From Octopus sinensis (taxonomy: Eukaryota): 64,000 bases of DNA. The notes below the pieces were generated by a model. The model ran no database searches, had not been told where the DNA came from, and saw only the letters and a program-made list of their open reading frames with translations. The first letter of the stretch is position 1, and each line of letters starts with the position of its first letter. The position numbers and the translations under genes were made by a program. The stretch covers positions 126,542,001-126,606,000 of the forward strand of contig NC_042997.1 in NCBI RefSeq assembly GCF_006345805.1. Reading direction: 5' to 3'. Shown here piece by piece: positions 39,094 to 50,962 of this stretch.

Positions 39094-39925
39094 CAAGGGG
39101 GTACCCAAAAGAAACAGGAATTTTGCAATGTTAATTTACATGTTTACACTCCTATCACCTTCAAAGTATTCTCCATTTGAAGCAATGCATCGGTCCAGAT
39201 GCGTTTTCTACTGTTTGAAGCAGTCTTGGAACTCTTGCAAAGCAGTGTATTTTAACATCTCCGTTGTTTTTTCCTTCACCTTTTCCACATCTGCAAATCC
39301 CATTGTACCAGCTTTTGTCACCAGTGATGATCTTCAGAAAAAGATCCGGATCAACTTCCAACTGTACTTTCAGTTCACGAGACGCATTCAGTCATGATTG
39401 CTTTTGAGCTGCCATGAACAAGTGAGGCACAAATTTCGCTGCAATTCTTTTCATTTGCAATTCTTCACTCAAATTTCGTTGACAGGAGTTCCAGGACACA
39501 CCAGTCATATCAACAAGTTCATCAATTGTTCGGTGGTAGTCCTCCGAGATTAGTCTTCAAGTGAAAAGTGACCATTCCTAAAGCACGAAAACCACTTGTG
39601 AACTTGTTTTTTGCTCATGACAGTGTCCTTGTAAGCTGTCTGAAGTATGACAACTGTTTCAGCTGCCATTTTTCCTGGAAAAAACAGAATTTCACAGAAG
39701 CACACTGTTCCTTCATTTTAGCAATTACAAAAATCAACGAACACAGGAAAAGCACTGCAAAACAAAGATGCATTACATGGCTATACAATATCACCTGACA
39801 CCACTGGTCAGCAGATTGATGCCTGAGGGTTGCATCAAGTGGCTTTTAGTAGCAAAAGCCTAAACTACAATGGCTTTGTCCCACAGAGAACATTTTCAGT
39901 TACTTTTGGATACCCCATTTTACGT
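39094..39925 (-). mobile_element. Internally deleted copy of the same mariner family, inverted relative to 36271-38040
   Basis: TIR CAAGGGGGTACCCAAAAGAAACAGGAA; ORF shows DPDLFLKIITGDKSWYN fused directly to the C-terminal GFADVE-type segment and GEYFEG. Confidence 0.85.
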
Positions 39926-40271
39926 ACGTACATACATATTGGAGACCCCTTCGGTTAAGAATGACCATGGGATTGCACCTAGAAAGTTACCCTCTGAGGC
40001 ACAAGTCCGGGCAAGGCTATTTTATGGAAGGCCAGCAGTCGCCCATGCATACCAGCCCCCCCCCTCTCCACACCACTGATGTTATCCAAGGGAAAGGCAA
40101 AAGGGCCAATACAGCTTGGCACCAGTGACATCGCAACTAATTTCTACTACTGAGTGAACTGGAGCAATGTGAAGTAAAGTGTCTTGCTCAAGAACACAAC
40201 ACGCAGCCCGGTTCAGGATTCAAACTCACAACTTCATGGTCGTAAGTTTGATGCTCTAACCACATACATAC

Positions 40272-40302
<31 letters not shown>

Positions 40303-40517
40303 CATACATACATGCATACATGCATGCATGCATACATACATACATACATACATACATACATAAATACATACATGCATACATACATACATACATACATACA
40401 TACATACATACATACATACATACATGCATGCATGCATGCATACATGCATGCATGCATACATGCATACATACATACATACATACATACATACATACATACA
40501 TACATACATACATACAT

Positions 40518-42090
40518 ACAAGGAATACTGGTGGAATGTACCGGTGAAGACCTCAATAAAATGTAAGCACAACAGAACTGATATAATGATTTGGGATGGA
40601 GAAGAGAAACTGGGCACAGTTGTGGAAATTAGCTGCCCAGTGGATGTTAACATAAAGTTGAAGAGCACTGAAAAAGAGAACACCTATGCTGAACTATTGA
40701 GAAATCTGCAGTTACTCTATCTAGATTACAAGTTCATGTTTATACCTGTAATTATTAGTGCCCCGGGATATGTAACATACTGCCTAAATTCAATCTTGAA
40801 AAATTAAGCATCGCAAAACCAGAAAGGAGAAAGCTTGTATGTATTTATGTATGTATGTATGTATGTATATGTGCAGATTTGTATGTTTTTAAATGATAAA
40901 TGTCTGGAAAGTTTTACAGTTTTTTACAGTTCCAGTGATGGATTGGATCTGTAATCTTTAAATTAGCTTTATCCTTTCTGGTTTTGAGAAGCTTAATTTC
41001 TCAAGATTGGTATTTAGACAGTGTGTTACATACCCCAGGGCCCTAATAATTGCTGGTATGAACCTGACCTTGTAATCTGGACAGATTACAAGTTGTAACT
41101 AGGACAGAATACGTAACAGAATTTCGTCTGTCTTTATGTTCCGAGTTCAAATTTCGCCGAGGTTGACTTCCCCTTTTATCCATTTCGGATCTATTCAATT
41201 TGACGTACAGATTATAGGACACTCTATAATGAAATCCATCAGGAGGATAATCCCGAGGACAAAGAAATAAAAATCCACTGTATGGCAGAAGCCATAGCCA
41301 CTCATAATGAAAAGGAATACTGATGGAATGTACCAGTGAAGACCTCAATAAAATGTAAGCACAACAGAACTGATATAATGATTTAGGATAGAGAAGTGAA
41401 ACTGTGCACAGTTGTCGAAATTGGTTGCCCAGCGGATATTAACATAAAGCTGAAGACCAGTGAAAGATAGAATACCTACACTGAACTATTGAGAAATCTG
41501 CAGTTACTCTATCCAGATTATAAGTTCAGGTTTATACCTGTAATTATTGAGACCTTGGGATATGTAACACACTTCCTAAATACCAATCTTGAGAAATTAA
41601 GCTTCTCAAAACCAGAAAGGAGAAAGTTTATTCGAAAACTACAAATCTGGTTCATCACTGGAACTGTAAAATCTGTAAAACTTTCCGGAAGTTTATCATA
41701 TAAATATATATGAGCATGTCTAGATATGCAAGTATATGCATGAGAATACATACAATAAGCATACAAATCTGCACATACTACATACATACATACATGTATG
41801 CATGCACACATATACATACATACATACATACATACTTACATACACACACACATACATACATATATGCATGCATACATACATAAGTACATACATACATACA
41901 TACATACATACATACATACATGCATGCATGCATGCATACATACATACATACATACATACATACTTACATACATAAAACATAAATACCCTGTAGTTGATGC
42001 TGAAATTTCAATGAAGGAGTCTTGGATCTAGGTTAGAAACCTGTTCTTTCTCTGTTGGCAAGAAATCTTGAAATAAAACTGAATAATGAC
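40518..42090. mobile_element. Three 3' fragments (+ 40518-40835, - 40845-41092, + ~41195-42090) of an RLE-encoding LINE embedded in (TACA)n arrays
   Basis: KEYWWNVPVKTSIKCKHNRTDIMIWD...VVEISCP.DVNIK...ENTYAELLRNLQLLY.DYKF.FIPVII has the PD-(D/E)xK-type RLE layout of R2/R4/NeSL-group elements. Confidence 0.8.
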
Positions 42091-42568
42091 ATACACATGT
42101 ATATATATAGACTGATTGATTGACAGACGATGGGTTTCATTCTGTTTCCCTCTCCCAAACCTATTTACAAGGCTTTTGTTTGGCCTCAGCAGAAGACACT
42201 TACCCAAGATAAGTGTATGGATGGCTGTTGTGTTGTTCAGTTGTTCGCTTCACTTTCTTGAGTTTAGTGTATGTATCATCATCATCATAATCGTTTAACG
42301 TCTGTGAATGGTTCAACCAGGATCTGGGAAGCCAAGAGGCTGCACCAGGCTCCAGTCTGATCTGGCAGTGTTTCTACAGCTGGATGCTTTTCCTAATGCC
42401 AACCACTCTGTGAGTGTAGTGGGTGCTTTTTATGTGCCACCAGCACAAGGGCCAGAGGAGGCTGGCAACGACTACGATCGGTTGGTACTTTTTACATTCC
42501 ACTGGCATGGAAGCCAACCAAGGCATGTGTGTGTGTGTGTGCGCGTGCGCACACGTGTGTGTGCGTGT

Positions 42569-42606
<38 letters not shown>

Positions 42607-42620
42607 ATATATATATATAT

Positions 42621-43329
42621 AATGATTTCAACTTTTGGTACAAGGCCAACAATTTTGAGGGAGGGGTTAAGTCGATTACTTGACCCCACTGTTCAGCTAA
42701 TACTTATTTTGTTGACCCTGAAAGGATGAAAAGCATTGACCTTGGTGATTTGTACTCAGAACATAAAATCGCTAAGCATTTTGCCCAGAGTGCTGGTGAT
42801 TGTACCAGCTTGCCGCCCCAGTTTAGTGCATATATTACAACAAATATATCTGCACATTTCAATCTTTTCCTTATTATCATTTAGATGGGAGGGAAGATAG
42901 TGCCTATGGCCATTCACAAGCCCTCTGAGACTGAATGATGTAGAAGGAGGAGAGAAGAGGATATCATCAAGTGTAAGATCTGATCTGAATGTTTCTAATA
43001 GAGTGAACTCTGCTAAGGGCACTGAAAGTGCCTCAGAGAGGTGTTAAATGAGTATTAGCTGGTTGAAAGTTATAAAATTGTGATTAAAAGTAAAATGGAA
43101 ATAGACCTCAAAATACTAAATTAAAAAAAACTTCCAAGAGAGTTGCCCTGTAAGTATATTTCAAATAAATTGGTTGAACAGGAATACGTTTTATGAAAAT
43201 GCATTAAAGAATATTAGAAGTGAATAGGAAATGGCTGGGGTAATTATAGCACTGACACATGCATACATACAAACATGCACACATACATACATACATATAT
43301 GCATGCACACATATACATACATACATACA

Positions 43330-43365
<36 letters not shown>

Positions 43366-44076
43366 TAATATAATGATTTCAACTTTTGGTACAAGGCCAA
43401 CAATTTTGAGGGAGGGGTTAAGTCGATTACTTGACCCCACTGTTCAGCTAATACTTATTTTGTTGACCCTGAAAGGATGAAAAGCATTGACCTTGGTGAT
43501 TTGTACTCAGAACATAAAATCGCTAAGCATTTTGCCCAGAGTGCTGGTGATTGTACCAGCTTGCCGCCCCAGTTTAGTGCATATATTACAACAAATATAT
43601 CTGCACATTTCAATCTTTTCCTTATTATCATTTAGATGGGAGGGAAGATAGTGCCTATGGCCATTCACAAGCCCTCTGAGACTGAATGATGTAGAAGGAG
43701 GAGAGAAGAGGATATCATCAAGTGTAAGATCTGATCTGAATGTTTCTAATAGAGTGAACTCTGCTAAGGGCACTGAAAGTGCCTCAGAGAGGTGTTAAAT
43801 GAGTATTAGCTGGTTGAAAGTTATAAAATTGTGATTAAAAGTAAAATGGAAATAGACCTCAAAATACTAAATTAAAAAAAACTTCCAAGAGAGTTGCCCT
43901 GTAAGTATATTTCAAATAAATTGGTTGAACAGGAATACGTTTTATGAAAATGCATTAAAGAATATTAGAAGTGAATAGGAAATGGCTGGGGTAATTATAG
44001 CACTGACACATGCATACATACAAACATGCACACATACATACATACATATATGCATGCACACATATACATACATACA

Positions 44077-44110
<34 letters not shown>
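42621..44110. repeat. 751-bp tandem duplication, two essentially identical units
   Basis: Units start at 42621 and 43372; identical ORFs at 42756 and 43507 are offset by 751. Confidence 0.95.
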
Positions 44111-44142
<32 letters not shown>

Positions 44143-44269
44143 TACATGCATGTAAGATCTTAAGATTTAAGGGATGATGAATAAAACGAGGTTTTCCGTG
44201 AAAAAATTGCTATCAAGAAGGTGGCTGGTTAGAATTAACCCTAAATTAAAAAGAGAAACAGAACGTACA

Positions 44270-44786
44270 TACATACATACATACATACATACATGCATAC
44301 ATGCATACATGCATACATACATACGTACGTACATACATACATACATACATGCATGCATACAAAAATACATACATACACATGTGCACATATAGTTAGATAC
44401 ACACATGGCTGAATGCACATATATATATACCTACACATATATAAATATATTCACATATACATACATGCATATGCAAACACATACATACATGTATATCAAT
44501 AGATACATGAATACATTCATACATGTACACATCTATGAATACACTTTTCTACATAGATACACACATATATGTTGATATGCATACATGTGCACACACATAG
44601 CTACATACACACATGGCCTAATGCATATAGATATATACATGAATACATTTATACATAGATACATACACACATGTATGTATACATGCACAAATATGCACAT
44701 ATGTAAATAGACACATGTACATTTATACCTGTACATACATACAACATACATACATACATACATACATACATACCTACATACATACA

Positions 44787-44876
<90 letters not shown>

Positions 44877-45118
44877 ATATGCATATACATACATATATAT
44901 ATGCATATACATTCAGAAACATAATTACATGCAGGAACATACACAAACACACACAAACTTGCATCCAAACAGTCAAGTATACATTCACATATGCATATAT
45001 ACATAAATACGTTCACAAATATACATAATTTACTCGCATATATATTTACACTATTTACACACATGAAAACTACACATACTTACACATACATACACACACA
45101 CATACATACATACATACA

Positions 45119-45152
<34 letters not shown>

Positions 45153-45162
45153 CATACATACA

Positions 45163-45196
<34 letters not shown>

Positions 45197-45206
45197 CATA
45201 CATACA

Positions 45207-45241
<35 letters not shown>

Positions 45242-45560
45242 CTATATATATATATGTGTACATACATACATGGATACATACATACATATATACATAATTA
45301 TATATATACGTACATATATACATGGCTACATACATACATATATATGTACGTACATGCATACATATGTGCTTACGTAAATATGTACAGGCATACATTCATG
45401 CATGCATGCATATATGCATACATACATACATGCTTACATGCATACAAACATATGTATGTATGTACATGCATATATGCATACATACATGGATACATTTAGC
45501 TAAATACAATTAATCATGTATACAAACATATACAAACACACATACGCACACATTTGCAAA
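44270..45560. repeat. Large degenerate (TACA)n/(TA)n array
   Basis: Directly visible. Confidence 0.9.
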
Positions 45561-45709
45561 CTCACTCACACACATACATAACATTCATACATATACTCTC
45601 ACACACACCTACGCATCCAAACACCCACTCATACCCACTCACAAACATGCACACAACCACACACATGCTGACATACACATTCATATACACAACCACACAC
45701 ACTCCTTCA

Positions 45710-45743
<34 letters not shown>

Positions 45744-47217
45744 TACATTGCACACAAGCATATACATATGCACACACAGCACTTCACAAATCCACAACAT
45801 TATCACATTCAATATTTCATTTCATAACTTTCTTTATAATTTCCTGTTTAAATTTCCTTCTTTTAAAATTTTATAAATTCTAAATCATATAATTTTATGA
45901 AAGTTAAATTAAAATAGTGATAAAAATGATAAAACTAAAATAATTAAGTAACTTAATATTTATTGTAACATAGTTTAATAACTTTGCTAAATGTTATTAA
46001 ACTATGGAAACACTTCATAAAGTTTAATAGCATTATTATAGTTTAGTATTATTATTACAGTTTATAACATTATATATTTTGATAGCATATTTGCATTATT
46101 TATATATCTAAACGGTATGGTGATTGGTTTGGTTTCTGATTGTTCAACGGCATTTGGTGTTGTTATATAGCCCTTGGTCGAACCCGATTGTGAGGTCCTG
46201 TGATCAAAGATGTTCTAATTTACAACATGTCATCATCACCACTCTCACTACTGCCCTCACCCTACCATCACCATCACCATGTTGTTGCCACCATCATTGC
46301 CTCTGCTTCTTTTGCTGCCACCACCTCCACTGGCATCGCCGATACCACTGTTACTCCTCCATCGCCATGACCACCACCATGATCACGACGACCATGACCA
46401 CCACAACCACCACGACCACCACTGCCACTACCACCACCACCACCATTACCACTTCACATCCACCCATGACCATGACCACCAGCATGACCACAACTACCAC
46501 GACCAGCACTGCCAACACTGTCACTACCACTACCACTACCACCACGCTTCACCTCTAACCATGACCATGACCACTACCATGACCACAACCACCACCACCA
46601 CTGCTTCACCTCCACCCACGACCATGACCACCACTGCCACTACCACCCCCACCACTTCTCCACCATCACTTCCACTATCCTCTTCTCCTTGTCCTTGTTA
46701 TCATTGTTGTCATTGTCATCATCATTGCTATCATCATCATCATCATCACCATCAACATCATCTTTTGATGTCTGTCTTCCATGTTGGCATTGGCTACATG
46801 ACATAACCGGATCTGATGACTACATTTTGTTCTGATATCTACTTTGGCAAGGTTTCAACAGATGGATGCCCTTCCCTATGCCAACAACTTTACAGAGGGT
46901 ATTGAGTGCTTTTCTAAAGATGATTACATAATGGAAGATATATATATATCCAAGAGTAGCATCCTTTGATTTATTGTTTTCTTTACGAGTCTTTCTGCAG
47001 ATTCATGAGACTTTGTGTTTACATCCGAAAATGGAAGTGAACACCACGTGGTCAGTTTGAAAAATAGTTAAGTTATTAAGATATTTTTCTTAATATGAAA
47101 CCAATGATAGCATGATAACCTTAATGCACAAATAAACTCTACCCACCACTGTGGTGTTGAGCACTCATTCTTGTCATTTGATATTTATGCACGTATATTA
47201 TGTTACTGCTGTTAATA

Positions 47218-47615
47218 TCATCATCATCATCATCATCATCATCGTTTAACGTCTGCTTTCCATGCTAGCATGGGTTGGACGATTTTGACTGAGGGCTCGT
47301 GAACCAGATGGCTGCACCAGGCTCCAATCTTGATTTGGCAGAGTTTCTACAGCTGGATGCCCTTCCTAACGCCAACCACTCTGAGAGTGTAGTGGGTGCT
47401 TTTTACATGCTACTGGCACGGGTGCCAGTCAGGCGGTACTGACAATGACCTCACTCGAATCTTTTTACACATGCCACCAGCACAGGTGCCAGGAAGGTAA
47501 CGATCATGCTCGAATGGTGCCCTTTTTACTTGCCACTGGCACGGAAGCCAGTTGGCTGCTCTGGCAATGATCACGCTCGGATGGTGCTCTTGGTACCCTA
47601 CTAGCATGGGTACTA
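47218..47615 (-). mobile_element. SINE-C with 5' tandem units. Other C copies: 4470-4630, 28135-28345, 35995-36260, 42275-42520, 52606-52960, 58460-58690, 59760-59985, 60805-61005, 63580-63750
   Basis: (CAT)n-CGTTTAACGTC...CCATGCTAGCATGGGTTGGACG...GGATGCCCTTCCTAACGCCAACC consensus. Confidence 0.8.
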
Positions 47616-48019
47616 GATCAATTAAAAATATTCACCATAGATGTTAATAACAATAGTAACATCTTACTTCAAATGCAAACATTTGAATACTTTGGTCATA
47701 AATATATATGCACCATGTGAACTGGCTTGGCACAAAAAACAAGCCACAACATCGATGGATTTATAACGTGGTGGATTTAGAATTTTAACCAGTAACTCTT
47801 ACTGAATAAGGTTGAGGTTGTCTGAGTCAGAATTCGAAACCATGGTATATGAGCATCTGAATGGCATAATCTTTAGAGGTATGCTTTTTAATGTCTTAAT
47901 TCTTTATCCATTTCCTTGCTTACTGTTATTTTTTTAATTATTTTTGGTGCCTTCCAGTGGTTGAATTAGCTCTTATTTCTAAACAGGTTGATTTTTTTGG
48001 CATCCTTATGCTCCATGCC

Positions 48020-48100
<81 letters not shown>

Positions 48101-48104
48101 ATAT

Positions 48105-49215
48105 ATGTATATATATTTGTATATATTTATGCATATGTGTCTTTGTGTCTGTATTTGTCTCCCCACTATTGCTTGACAACCAGTGTTGGTGTGTTTGCAT
48201 CCCCGTAACTTAGTGGCTTGGCAAAAGCAATCGATAAAATAAGTACTAGGCTTACATTGAAAAAGTCCTGGGGTTGATCACTTCGACTAACATCTTTTAA
48301 AGTAGTGCTCCAGCATGGCTGCAGTCCAATGAATGAAACAGGTATAAGAATAAAAGAATATGTATCTATGTGTGTATATATGTATGTATGTGTATGTGTG
48401 TGTCTGTATATCTGTGCATGCATACGTGCCATTAACTCTGTTTCAAAATAATCTGTGTACATCATAGTCATAAGCCATGATAATGGCAAAATATCAGTAT
48501 CTACCATTATGGGTGATTCCAAGTTGAGTTGTCTCACCTGGTCTGTGACATTCAGGTAGTTTTTAACACTGTACATCATGCCATGAACTTTCTCTGGATT
48601 CTATCCTGCAACACACTTTGTGGATAAACAAAACACATACACTATCTATGTGCAACCAGTAATGTTTATATATATATATATATCCACTCCTCTCTGGATC
48701 ACACCTTTCTCATCGTGGTCCACATGATCCCAATCGTCCTCCTGAAACTGTAACTCCACCGTTGTGGAGGCCTTCTGAGTGGTCGTTTCCGCTTGTGTGG
48801 GTACCACTCGAAAACTGCATGGGTCCACTGATTATCAGTGAGCCGGGCGACGTGTCCAGCCCATCTAAACTTGCTGCGTGTATATTCTGCGATGACATCC
48901 CTCATGCCGGACTTCTCTCTGATGACCTCACTACTGATGACCTTGCTACTGAGGTGCGATCCAGAGAGGAGTGAACAGCGTGCTGTGACCAGCGGTGTCA
49001 AATGGACACCTGACGGACTGGTCGGTCAAGGTGATCAAGGTGATATATATATAGGTGCAGGAGTGGCTGAGTGATGAGAAGCTTGCTCCCCAACCACATG
49101 GTTCTGGGTTCAGTCCCACTGCGTGGCACCTAGGGCAAGCATCTTCTACTATAGCCATGGGCTGAACAAACCCTTGTGAGTGGATTTGTGAGTGAAAACT
49201 GAAAGAAGTCCTTTG

Positions 49216-49306
<91 letters not shown>

Positions 49307-50413
49307 GTATATATTTGTATATATTTATGCATATGTGTCTTTGTGTCTGTATTTGTCTCCCCACTATTGCTTGACAACCAGTGTTGGTGTGTTTGCATCC
49401 CCGTAACTTAGTGGCTTGGCAAAAGCAATCGATAAAATAAGTACTAGGCTTACATTGAAAAAGTCCTGGGGTTGATCACTTCGACTAACATCTTTTAAAG
49501 TAGTGCTCCAGCATGGCTGCAGTCCAATGAATGAAACAGGTATAAGAATAAAAGAATATGTATCTATGTGTGTATATATGTATGTATGTGTATGTGTGTG
49601 TCTGTATATCTGTGCATGCATACGTGCCATTAACTCTGTTTCAAAATAATCTGTGTACATCATAGTCATAAGCCATGATAATGGCAAAATATCAGTATCT
49701 ACCATTATGGGTGATTCCAAGTTGAGTTGTCTCACCTGGTCTGTGACATTCAGGTAGTTTTTAACACTGTACATCATGCCATGAACTTTCTCTGGATTCT
49801 ATCCTGCAACACACTTTGTGGATAAACAAAACACATACACTATCTATGTTCAACCAGTAATGTTTATATATATATATATATCCACTCCTCTCTGGATCAC
49901 GCCTTTCTCATCGTGGTCCACATGATCCCAATCGTCCTCCTGAAACTGTAACTCCACCGTTGTGGAGGCCTTCTGAGTGGTCGTTTCCGCTTGTGTGGGT
50001 ACCACTCGAAAACTGCACGGGTCCACTGATTATCAGTGAGCCGGGCGACGTGTCCAGCCCATCTAAACTTGCTGCGTGTATATTCTGCGATGACATCCCT
50101 CATGCCGGACTTCTCTCTGATGACCTCACTACTGATGACCTTGCTACTGAGGTGCGATCCAGAGAGGAGTGAACAGCGTGCTGTGACCAGCGGTGTCAAA
50201 TGGACACCTGACGGACTGGTCGGTCAAGGTGATCAAGGTGATATATATATAGGTGCAGGAGTGGCTGAGTGATGAGAAGCTTGCTCCCCAACCACATGGT
50301 TCTGGGTTCAGTCCCACTGCGTGGCACCTAGGGCAAGCATCTTCTACTATAGCCATGGGCTGAACAAACCCTTGTGAGTGGATTTGTGAGTGAAAACTGA
50401 AAGAAGTCCTTTG

Positions 50414-50476
<63 letters not shown>

Positions 50477-50500
50477 ATATATATATATGTATATATATAT
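48105..50500. repeat. 1198-bp tandem duplication, two units with three substitutions seen
   Basis: Paired ORFs are offset by 1198 (48166/49364, 48699/49897). Confidence 0.95.
48690..48960 (-). mobile_element. RTE-clade LINE RT C-terminal fragment (duplicate at 49890-50160)
   Basis: SSEVIREKSGMRDVI...KFRWAGHVARLTDNQWT.AVFEWYP.KRKRPLRRPPQRW is a classic RTE C-terminus. Confidence 0.85.
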
Positions 50501-50655
50501 ATGTATATTTGTGTGTCTGTGTGTTTGTCCCCCCACCATTGCAAGTTAAAAAAAAAGTGTTGAAGTCTGTGCTTTGCTGATAAGATGAGAATAAAACCAA
50601 AACAGGTCCAGAGTTATTATCTTCTGATCTAATTCAAATAATTAAAAATAATTAT

Positions 50656-50962
50656 AACAGGAGCACTCAGACAGCGCAAACCTTCACCAAAGAAACACCA
50701 ACGTCCTCTCAACAATTAGCAGGAGATGATTTTTAAAATGAGAATATCAAAAATAAACTTGACTGCTGGAAAAATACTTCAGAATCCTTGTCAGGTACCG
50801 GATCGATCCCAAAATCTAATCAGATCATGTCAGTCATGAAGCCAAACATCCCTGAAAGTTTCCTCTGTATCCATCCAGCAATTCTTGAGATATCTTGTCC
50901 ATAGACAAACAAACAAACACAACTGAAAACAATACCTCAGCCTTCGCTAAGGCAGAAGTAAT
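50656..50962. mobile_element. Helentron/DINE-1-like non-autonomous element
   Basis: Subterminal inverted-repeat-like motifs AACCTTCACCAAAG and GCCTTCGCTAAGGCAGAAGT, internal (AAAC)n and T-rich insertion site; classification is from recalled architecture. Confidence 0.55.

Noticed and set aside
41995-42060. Hammerhead motif in the RLE-LINE 3' UTR
   Set aside because: GAAAC and a possible stem II exist, but the CUGANGA core is absent (TTCAATGA).
5379-46806. Numerous long ORFs rich in YI, HT, CV, MYVC, poly-T, poly-H or poly-V
   Set aside because: They are translations of (TA)n, (CA)n, (TACA)n and trinucleotide microsatellites that lack stops in some frames; there are no splice or homology signals.
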